From IMG/VR virus record IMGVR_UViG_3300032334_000481, positions 1-56,598 of that record: DNA of 56,598 nt, one strand, 5' to 3'. Positions 50,371 through 56,597 of the stretch are shown here, one piece after another; position 1 is the first letter of the stretch, and each line of letters starts with the position of its first letter. The notes beneath the pieces were generated by a model. It searched no databases. It saw nothing but the letters and a program-made list of their open reading frames with translations, and had not been told where the DNA came from. This stretch comes from a virus. Lineage: Duplodnaviria > Caudoviricetes. The translations under genes and the position numbers were made by a program.

Positions 50371-50435
50371 ATGGTTAATTATACCATTTTAGGGATTTCT
50401 GTGTTTTGGTTTGACAAATCTTAAAAAGTATGATA

Positions 50436-50520
50436 CCCTCTTATCTATAGAGATAAGGGCTATATATTATATATTTATATATTAGTATATATTATAGTTT
50501 ATATATATTATATTAATAAT
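50436..50520. other. Inverted repeat followed by a ~60-bp almost pure A/T tract (candidate origin/unwinding element)
   Basis: CTTATCT/AGATAAG inverted repeat, then TATATATT-type run 50461-50520 with only two G and no C. Confidence 0.4.
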
Positions 50521-50813
50521 CAAAGTTCGGTTTTTTCTGATTTAATTTTCTTTTGTGTTTTGACACCTTCGGTGATTAAAATGTTAACTAGTGTATCTAG
50601 TTTTTCTTCTAGTTTATGTGATTTTTCTTCTAGTCGTGATACCTGGTCTTTTAATGATGACCCATGATTAGGTCGAAGTTCTGAAAGGTCTTCTTTAAGT
50701 TCATTTGACAGGTTTTTAATTTCGGCACAAATAAACCAGCGAATACCACCTACAAGGATTGCGACAATAGATAATCCACTAAGGATAAGTCCAGTCCAAT
50801 CAGTTATTGACAT
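50520..50813 (-). CDS. Holin-like membrane protein (one TM helix + coiled coil)
   Basis: Hydrophobic N-terminal helix; ELRPNHGSSLKDQVSRLE resembles the PNxGSSxxD motif of actinophage lysis-region membrane proteins. Confidence 0.6.
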   Translation of the reverse strand: MSITDWTGLILSGLSIVAILVGGIRWFICAEIKNLSNELKEDLSELRPNHGSSLKDQVSRLEEKSHKLEEKLDTLVNILITEGVKTQKKIKSEKTEL

Positions 50814-51031
50814 AATATAAATAATTATACACTAGGTTTTGAGTGTTTTCGATTTTTTCAAACGGTGAAAATATGAGACACCAAACCCTCATATCTGCCT
50901 GTATGCAATGAAGTTGCCAGATAGGGCAAATAAGGGTTTAAATGCCCCATAGAGACGATAAAAGGTATGCACCCTAACATCTATAGCCCCAAAATGTGAT
51001 ATACTATAAATCTACCGAAAGAGAGAGCGAT

Positions 51032-51214
51032 ATGGACGAAAAAGTACAATACGTCAAACACTACGAATCAAAAGAATATCTTGAAGCATGCATAGCAGCC
51101 AAGATGACATCAAAAGAGATAGCCAATCAGAGTAAAGTGTCATATAAGTTAATTAACTATTGGCTGATAAAGCATGGATTGCTTCGCAATACCCCAGACG
51201 TTAGGCTACCATAA
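51032..51214 (+). CDS. Small helix-turn-helix protein
   Basis: MTSKEIANQSKVSYKLINYWLIKHGL HTH; TGATATACT promoter and purine-rich RBS favour ATG 51032. Confidence 0.75.
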   Translation: MDEKVQYVKHYESKEYLEACIAAKMTSKEIANQSKVSYKLINYWLIKHGLLRNTPDVRLP

Positions 51215-51435
51215 TGGAAATCTTTATATTCCTTGCAGCAATGCTCTTCGTATTAGCATTTAACTTCATTTATGACAAATACAAAATGATTAATACCACC
51301 AAAAATAACCACAGATGCTACCTACCCAGAGAAAACTATCTAACATCCAAGAAAGAATGGCAATGTGGCAAATGCAAATCCTATTGGTACGTCAAATACG
51401 ACAGTTATGGTTCATACTATGTCAAAAGAGAATAA
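51214..51435 (+). CDS. Small membrane-anchored protein with Zn-binding-like motif
   Basis: N-terminal TM helix, HRC...WQCGKC; ATG overlaps the previous stop. Confidence 0.65.
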   Translation: MEIFIFLAAMLFVLAFNFIYDKYKMINTTKNNHRCYLPRENYLTSKKEWQCGKCKSYWYVKYDSYGSYYVKRE

Positions 51436-51548
51436 ACATACCGCCAAAAACTGAAAAAATTTGTTTTCTACAAAATCTGAATATTTTGATTATGTGTATG
51501 ATGCAGGGTTTCTAATAAAGAAATCAAATTTATTTAGTGAGCACACAC

Positions 51549-51684
51549 CACCACACGCATATGCAATCTGCTTGTGAGTGTATACCATACGCATAGTCGA
51601 TTTGATTGTAAACATACACTATACGCATACCTTATCTGTTTGTCAAGTGGTACTACACGCATACCCGATATTTTTAGAGATGCA
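51549..51684. repeat. Degenerate 34-bp tandem repeat, about 4 copies
   Basis: ACGCATA at 51555, 51589, 51623, 51657 (exact 34-bp period); consensus YACYAYACGCATAnnnnATYTGnTTGT. Confidence 0.85.
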
Positions 51685-51792
51685 CGCCCCGAAGGTAACA
51701 GTTTGATAACGAAACACTTAATAATGTGTGTTTATACTGGTAATGTCGGTGGTCTTGTGTATAATAGTAGTATCAAAAGAAATGGAAAATAT

Positions 51793-51927
51793 ATGTCATC
51801 AGAATCAAAAAAATACACCCTAGTAGAATACACCTTTGGTGGTCAGCGTGTCGTGTCTGCTATCCATCACCTAGACCTAATCAAGTTCCTAATTGAGAAC
51901 AAAGACGCTACTATAATCAAAAAGTAG
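51793..51927 (+). CDS. Small hypothetical protein (44 aa)
   Basis: MSSESKKYTLVEYT...; start placed after the promoter at 51744 rather than at the track start 51574. Confidence 0.7.
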   Translation: MSSESKKYTLVEYTFGGQRVVSAIHHLDLIKFLIENKDATIIKK

Positions 51928-51986
51928 TTTGTCAGTGGTATCCCCTATAATAGAATAATCAAACCCCTAAAAGAAAGAAATACTAA

Positions 51987-52157
51987 ATGAATATCTATTC
52001 ACTAATAATCACAGATGTAGCAACAGGCGTAGCCCCTATCTATGAAGTTCATAGTTGGGAAAAGGTTGAAGAAATTATCCGTTCCACTATGGAACTAACC
52101 AAGAATGAGTTTATCTTTGAAGTAGTAGGCAGAGCAAACTCTAAGTCGGTGAATTAG
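51987..52157 (+). CDS. Small hypothetical protein (56 aa)
   Basis: MNIYSLIITDV...; follows the promoter at 51930 and GAAAGA RBS. Confidence 0.65.
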   Translation: MNIYSLIITDVATGVAPIYEVHSWEKVEEIIRSTMELTKNEFIFEVVGRANSKSVN

Positions 52158-52159
52158 TT

Positions 52160-52327
52160 GTGGCTGATATCACTTATCTTGTTAGTCGTGTTGTTCGTAT
52201 GGGTAAAACAGTAGCCCCCTTTGCTATCGCAAAGATAAAAGCGTATGCGTGTAAGCGTTGCTATACAATCGCAAGCGTATCACTATTAGATAATAAAATC
52301 ACAGTAAAGAAATGTAGGTGTGTGTAA
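52160..52327 (+). CDS. Small Cys-rich protein (CxxC...CxC)
   Basis: GTG-start 55-aa ORF; TAATG-coupled to the next ORF. Confidence 0.5.
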   Translation: MADITYLVSRVVRMGKTVAPFAIAKIKAYACKRCYTIASVSLLDNKITVKKCRCV

Positions 52328-52401
52328 TGGGTATTGAAACAATCCTATTGTTAGCAGTAGCGTATCTATTCTTCAAGGATAAGGAAAAGAAGAATGACTA
52401 A
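52327..52401 (+). CDS. Tiny membrane peptide (24 aa)
   Basis: MGIETILLLAVAYLFFKDKEKKND; overlaps both neighbours. Confidence 0.4.
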   Translation: MGIETILLLAVAYLFFKDKEKKND

Positions 52402-52528
52402 GCCATTTATCTTCACAGGCTTAGGCTTATTCCTAATAACTGCTTGGTCATTCGTATCTCAAATACATTGGGGTAGTGTGATGGGTTGTGTAGCAGGATA
52501 TAGCCTAATGGATATGCTATTCAATTAG
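52394..52528 (+). CDS. Small membrane protein (44 aa)
   Basis: MTKPFIFTGLGLFLITAW...; AAGGA RBS; followed by a hairpin. Confidence 0.55.
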   Translation: MTKPFIFTGLGLFLITAWSFVSQIHWGSVMGCVAGYSLMDMLFN

Positions 52529-52675
52529 ATTGGTGGGTGTGTCGCTACTTGACATACCCCCAATTTTGGCGTGCGTCCCAATTATAACAAAATGATAACG
52601 AATAATGATAAATAGGTAAAATAGGCGTGTTTTAGGGGTCAAATGTCAGTGGTAGGGTATACAGTATAAGTATAA

Positions 52676-52733
52676 AGCAAATGAGCCTTAGCAAATAAAC
52701 GAGAAATCGGTGAGCCTAAGCAAATAAGTTGCT
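52676..52733 (+). ncRNA. Structured RNA hairpin 1 with two RUGAGC/CAAAUAAR internal loops (head-to-head)
   Basis: AGCAA-[ATGAGC]-CTTAG-[CAAATAAA]-CGA-GAAA-TCG-[GTGAGC]-CTAAG-[CAAATAAG]-TTGCT; starts a few nt after the predicted TSS. Confidence 0.8.
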
Positions 52734-52764
52734 AAAAGTTTCCTACTAATGAAAGGGGTCAGCA

Positions 52765-52956
52765 ATGACTTACTATGATAACTATGATGATGACGCTCAA
52801 TACGCTAAGGAAGTGTATTGGGATAGTAAGGGTATGGGTTATCTAAACCCTGCTCCTGCTCCTGTTGTGTATGTGAGAGATACCCAATGTCCTACCTGTA
52901 AGCGTTGGGGTTCTGCTAAGGCAGTTGCTTCACACGCTACTAAGTGTAAGGCTTAG
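52765..52956 (+). CDS. Small zinc-finger protein (63 aa)
   Basis: CPTC...H...C; RBS GAAAGGGG. Confidence 0.75.
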   Translation: MTYYDNYDDDAQYAKEVYWDSKGMGYLNPAPAPVVYVRDTQCPTCKRWGSAKAVASHATKCKA

Positions 52957-53080
52957 TATTTGGTGGTAGTATCACTACCCCAAAAAAACCGCACGCCCGA
53001 TTTATAACAAAATGATAACAAAATAGCAAAACACCCTAAAATAGCCCCTAAATGTCAGTGGTTAGGTGTATAGTGAAACT

Positions 53081-53194
53081 ATGAAAGATAAAAAGACAGA
53101 ACTAACCATAATGCTTGCCAAGTATGCGAGAGCAGGTATTCCCCTAACCCCAGCAGAGAGAAACCTAGTCAAGTATTTACTAAGTAAACAATAG
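53081..53194 (+). CDS. Small basic protein (37 aa), leaderless
   Basis: ATG 6 nt after the TATAGT of the 53053 promoter. Confidence 0.6.
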   Translation: MKDKKTELTIMLAKYARAGIPLTPAERNLVKYLLSKQ

Positions 53195-53295
53195 GTAAAC
53201 AATTTGCGAAACACCCTAAAAACAGGCTCAAATGTCAGTGGTTAGTGGTAATGTAATAATAGATAAATAAATAACTAATAAAAGAAAGGGTCTAA

Positions 53296-53415
53296 ATGAC
53301 TACTTATGAGATGAAAATGAGATACAAGGAACTTATGCGTATCGCAGAAAGCGAATGTATGCTCGCTAGTGAGTTTGATGAACTACAAGCGTTATTCGTA
53401 AAACTAAATAAATAA
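53296..53415 (+). CDS. Small hypothetical protein (39 aa)
   Basis: MTTYEMKMRYKELM...; RBS GAAAGGG; promoter at 53233. Confidence 0.65.
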   Translation: MTTYEMKMRYKELMRIAESECMLASEFDELQALFVKLNK

Positions 53416-53423
53416 ATAATCTT

Positions 53424-53495
53424 CGTTAGATAATGAGCCTAATTAGGTGAGCCTAGAAATAGCAAATAAACTAATTAGCAAATAAGTATCTAACG
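53424..53495 (+). ncRNA. Structured RNA hairpin 2 with two RUGAGC/CAAAUAAR internal loops (tandem)
   Basis: CGTTAGATA-[ATGAGC]-CTAATTAG-[GTGAGC]-CTA-GAAA-TAG-[CAAATAAA]-CTAATTAG-[CAAATAAG]-TATCTAACG. Confidence 0.8.
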
Positions 53496-53543
53496 CCAAC
53501 AAAACTAAATAAATAATAATCTACAAAAAGAAATGAGAAATAA

Positions 53544-53954
53544 ATGAAACTAAAAACTTGGAAATCTACCCAAATCCTTCTATCACTTAGCGACTATCGC
53601 AAGTTCTATGCTTCTATCGCAGAATTGCCTATTAGCGAAAAGCATTCCCTTATTCATAACAAACTAATTGGTCTTAGCACTATTTACCTAAACTATGACT
53701 TTGAGAATGACACTATGCTAACTCAAAAAAATAGTGAATGGAAATACTCTGCTGAATGCGATGCGTTCGCTATGAGTGAGTTTGCTAAAACTAAAAAAAT
53801 GCTTGCTGAACTTGATGAGTTAGGCGTTCCAGATTATCATAACGGAATGCGTGTCAGTGATGGCGAAACTTATTTCTTAGGTTTTCTAAAAATGGAATGC
53901 GTGTTGCGTTCTCGTGTGTTGCTTGCTCACTCGTGGAGAATAGAGCAACGCTAA
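53544..53954 (+). CDS. Hypothetical protein (136 aa)
   Basis: ORF track; purine-rich RBS; followed by a hairpin. Confidence 0.75.
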   Translation: MKLKTWKSTQILLSLSDYRKFYASIAELPISEKHSLIHNKLIGLSTIYLNYDFENDTMLTQKNSEWKYSAECDAFAMSEFAKTKKMLAELDELGVPDYHNGMRVSDGETYFLGFLKMECVLRSRVLLAHSWRIEQR

Positions 53955-54121
53955 TAATTTTTTGGTAGCAATACCAAAATTTTTGCCGCACGCCCCCAGC
54001 GACACGCCCGAAAAACATTGATAACACTATTGTTATAAAGGCATAAAAAGGTGTGTTTGTCCGCCTAAATGTCAGTGGTTAGGTTTATACTGTAAGTAGA
54101 TAAAAAGAAATGAGAAATAAA

Positions 54122-54235
54122 TTGAGTAAAGATACTGCCGAATGCTCCAAGTGTGGAGTTGTTATTGAGTTCGCTACAAGCGAAGAGTTTGAGAAATTGG
54201 TTGATGAACACATTCACCGCTATCCACTAGGCTAA
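54122..54235 (+). CDS. Small C2H2-like zinc-binding protein (37 aa, TTG start)
   Basis: CSKC...HIH; its stop codon abuts the next promoter motif. Confidence 0.6.
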   Translation: MSKDTAECSKCGVVIEFATSEEFEKLVDEHIHRYPLG

Positions 54236-54289
54236 ATGTCAGTGGTTAGTTGTATAATTGTAAATAGATAAAAAGAATAGGAAATAAAA

Positions 54290-54451
54290 ATGGTTGGAAT
54301 TATCTGTGTGTATGATGGAACTAAGACTTGGGCTTACATCTGCCCTACTTGTAAAGAGTATGATGGTCTAATGGAAATTAGCAAGGCAGTCAAAGAGTAT
54401 GACTTTATTGCTGAAATGTATGCTGATGAAATAGCGTTTATGCCTAGTTAG
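54290..54451 (+). CDS. Small hypothetical protein (53 aa, CxxD...CPTC)
   Basis: MVGIICVYD...ICPTCKEYDG; AGGA RBS; promoter at 54237. Confidence 0.7.
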   Translation: MVGIICVYDGTKTWAYICPTCKEYDGLMEISKAVKEYDFIAEMYADEIAFMPS

Positions 54452-54507
54452 CATAAATGTCAGTGGTATCCTGTATAATTGTAAGTAAGAAAAGAATAGG
54501 AAAATAA

Positions 54508-54678
54508 ATGTTAGATAAAGAATTTGATACTTTTAGACTAATGAATGAACTAAGACTAAAAGATGGTGTTGCTGGTGAAAACCCTGTTGCCTATGCCTAT
54601 GGTCTATGTTTTGGACAACTAACTCAAAAGCAAAAAGCGTTGATTGCTCAAATTGTAAATAAGATGGAGAATAAATAA
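54508..54678 (+). CDS. Small hypothetical protein (56 aa)
   Basis: MLDKEFDTFRL...; AGGA RBS; TAATG-coupled to the next ORF. Confidence 0.7.
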   Translation: MLDKEFDTFRLMNELRLKDGVAGENPVAYAYGLCFGQLTQKQKALIAQIVNKMENK

Positions 54679-54950
54679 TGAAGTTCAATGTAATTAGTGA
54701 TGCTGGACACGCTTGGCTTGAAGTAAGCCTAGACCAATTTCCTAACGCCAAACAATTTGGAACTGGCTGTGGATACATAAATGGTAATACAATTTATCTT
54801 GAAGAAGACTTTGAAATGCCACAATTCTTAGGCGACTTAGTATTCAACGGAACTCCAATGAGCGAAATACAACTTAGCGAAATTGAAGTTGATGATGAAT
54901 GGTATGGCAGAAACTATGCTCGCAATGAAGACTTATTCTCAATAAAATAA
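54678..54950 (+). CDS. Acidic hypothetical protein (90 aa)
   Basis: SDAGHAWLEV...IYLEED motif, which I recall from uncharacterised phage/plasmid proteins. Confidence 0.75.
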   Translation: MKFNVISDAGHAWLEVSLDQFPNAKQFGTGCGYINGNTIYLEEDFEMPQFLGDLVFNGTPMSEIQLSEIEVDDEWYGRNYARNEDLFSIK

Positions 54951-54969
54951 ATAGTAAAGGAAAATAAAA

Positions 54970-55176
54970 ATGGTAAAAGTTGCTCTGGTAATCTCAACTC
55001 TAATTCTAGGAATTTTTAGTTTTGTAATTGCTGACGCTTATTCTTACACTGCCCTAATCAATTCTCAAGAGAGTTATCAAGTTCTCTCTGGTCAGTGGGC
55101 GTTAGTTGGAACTGAATTAGTAATCGGTTCGCTATTGCTGGCAGTTGGTTTCATAATCAAATCACGCAAACGCTAA
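54970..55176 (+). CDS. Small two-TM membrane protein (68 aa)
   Basis: Two hydrophobic helices, basic C-terminus; AAGGA RBS. Confidence 0.7.
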   Translation: MVKVALVISTLILGIFSFVIADAYSYTALINSQESYQVLSGQWALVGTELVIGSLLLAVGFIIKSRKR

Positions 55177-55321
55177 TCAAAATAATTTTGGGGCTAACTA
55201 CCCCGAAATTTCCGCACGCCCCCGAATTATAACAGTTTGATAACAAAGGGTGTTTTGCTATTGACAAATGGCGTTTTGTGTGTAATAATAGATATATAAA
55301 TAAATAAAGCAACAAAAGGAG

Positions 55322-55390
55322 CCACGACAGTGAGCCTAGCAAATAAGTCGAACATCTGTTCGAATGAGCCTAGCAAGTAAATGTCAGTGG
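55322..55390 (+). ncRNA. Structured RNA hairpin 3 with two RUGAGC/CAARUAAR internal loops (head-to-head)
   Basis: CCACGACA-[GTGAGC]-CTAG-[CAAATAAG]-TCGAAC-ATCT-GTTCGA-[ATGAGC]-CTAG-[CAAGTAAA]-TGTC(A)GTGG; downstream of TTGACA at 55261. Confidence 0.8.
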
Positions 55391-55430
55391 TATCCCTTAT
55401 AATTGAACTACATAAAAAGAAAGATAACTA

Positions 55431-55598
55431 ATGAAGAAACCTAGAATGACAGTTGCCGAAAAGCGTTTTGAAACCCTAATCTCCAAGTTTGTATTTGTTG
55501 AGAATGGTGGAAGACTAATTGATAGCCCCCAGTGGAAAATGCTAAACAAGCAGACCCAAGACGCTTACATAACCCTAATCGCAACTAAGACACGCTAA
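55431..55598 (+). CDS. Small basic hypothetical protein (55 aa)
   Basis: MKKPRMTVAEKRF...; promoter at 55382. Confidence 0.65.
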   Translation: MKKPRMTVAEKRFETLISKFVFVENGGRLIDSPQWKMLNKQTQDAYITLIATKTR

Positions 55599-55652
55599 CC
55601 CTAAATGTCAGTGGTTAGTTGTATAATTGAAATCTAAAGAAAGAAGAAACTA

Positions 55653-55751
55653 ATGGAAGATTGGAAAATGGCGTTAGCCGAAATTCAAAAGTCAATGAGA
55701 GAAGACTTTATCTCTCAAATCAAAACTTCAAAAGAAAAGGAAAATAACTAA
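55653..55751 (+). CDS. Tiny hypothetical protein (32 aa)
   Basis: MEDWKMALAEI...; promoter at 55606; TAATG-coupled. Confidence 0.55.
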   Translation: MEDWKMALAEIQKSMREDFISQIKTSKEKENN

Positions 55752-55912
55752 TGGAAGAATTCTACAAGAGCAGAGAAGAAGATTTTGCTAAGTGGATTGA
55801 AAAAAATCAAATGCTGATTGACAACAACTTATTTACAGCAAAAGAAATTTTTGAACACGCTTATACACTTGGAGCGTTGTATGAAATCAAAAGTAGAAAC
55901 GGAGAAATCTAA
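55751..55912 (+). CDS. Small hypothetical protein (53 aa)
   Basis: MEEFYKSREEDFAKW...; AAGGA RBS. Confidence 0.65.
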   Translation: MEEFYKSREEDFAKWIEKNQMLIDNNLFTAKEIFEHAYTLGALYEIKSRNGEI

Positions 55913-55913
55913 A

Positions 55914-56114
55914 ATGGACATTAGAGAAAAGTTTACTCAAGAAGAACTAGAAGAACAGTTTGATGAAATGCTAGATGAAACTTATCCAGAATTCAAAATT
56001 GGTTATTCAACTTTTTATCCATCACAAATTTTAGCAAACTGCGACCCAATCGCTTATCAAATCTCTGTTGATGAATACATAGATTTTCTTCAAGAGCAGG
56101 AAGACGAAGAGTGA
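55914..56114 (+). CDS. Highly acidic small protein (66 aa)
   Basis: MDIREKFTQEELEEQFDEMLDETYP...CDPIAY...; GGAG RBS favours 55914 over the track start 55818. Confidence 0.75.
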   Translation: MDIREKFTQEELEEQFDEMLDETYPEFKIGYSTFYPSQILANCDPIAYQISVDEYIDFLQEQEDEE

Positions 56115-56350
56115 TAACTTTTTTTATTCTACTAACAGTTGTTTTGCTAGTAGTGTTTTTTATTAGTTGATTTTGTGGGTGTAGTATTTATACTATGCCC
56201 CAAAATTGCCGCACGCCAAATCTGCCTGGACACACGCACGCCCCGACACGCCCGAAATCATTTAAGAAGATTAAATAATTTTCCCCGATTTCCTATTGCC
56301 AAATGTCAGTGGTAGGGTGTAGAATAGTATTATCAAGAAAGGAAAAACTA

Positions 56351-56479
56351 ATGGCTAAACACTATGTAATTATGGAATACACTAACGCTAAGGGAGAAAC
56401 TAAGACGGAAGCAATGCGTTCGGTTGACATCGCTGAATTTCTAACCAAATACCCTAACGCCAAGCGTGTCTATGGCTAA
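56351..56479 (+). CDS. Small hypothetical protein (42 aa), likely paralogue of 51793-51927
   Basis: MAKHYVIMEYT...DIAEFL; GAAAGGA RBS; promoter at 56304. Confidence 0.7.
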   Translation: MAKHYVIMEYTNAKGETKTEAMRSVDIAEFLTKYPNAKRVYG

Positions 56480-56531
56480 ATGTCAGTGGTCGCTGGTAAA
56501 ATAATAACATCAAGAAGAAATGGAAAATAAA

Positions 56532-56597
56532 ATGGAAAAAGAAAATAGATACACTTTTGGTGGATTTGAGTATGGCTCACAGGGTCAGTTTCACCTA
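56532..56597 (+). CDS. Partial hypothetical protein running off the window end
   Basis: ATG after the promoter at 56481; open to the end of the window. Confidence 0.5.
   Translation, partial: MEKENRYTFGGFEYGSQGQFHL

Larger units (their letters stand above)
51744..56502 (+). promoter_or_regulatory. Twelve copies of the promoter motif TGTCRGTGG-N7-TANNNT
   Basis: Motif starts at 51744, 51930, 52644, 53053, 53233, 54070, 54237, 54458, 55382, 55606, 56304, 56481; invariant 7-nt spacer to a -10 hexamer; each precedes a small ORF. Confidence 0.9.

Noticed and set aside
51549-51684. CRISPR array interpretation of the 34-bp periodic repeat
   Set aside because: The invariant core is only 7 bp, the intervening sequence is partly conserved, the period is too short for repeat plus spacer, and no cas genes are visible.
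51574-51792. N-terminal extension of the 117-aa ORF
   Set aside because: It crosses the tandem repeat and the promoter; the credible start is ATG 51793.
53852-53860. TGTCAGTGA inside the 136-aa ORF as a 13th promoter
   Set aside because: Mismatch in the box and no TANNNT at the 7-nt spacing.
52676-55390. Known ribozyme, k-turn, riboswitch or tRNA identity for the hairpins
   Set aside because: No hammerhead core (CUGAUGA/GAAA), no C/D box pair, no cloverleaf or T-loop. An Rfam scan is still needed to confirm.
55818-55913. N-terminal extension of the 98-aa ORF
   Set aside because: It overlaps ORF 55751-55912 in another frame; the RBS supports ATG 55914.
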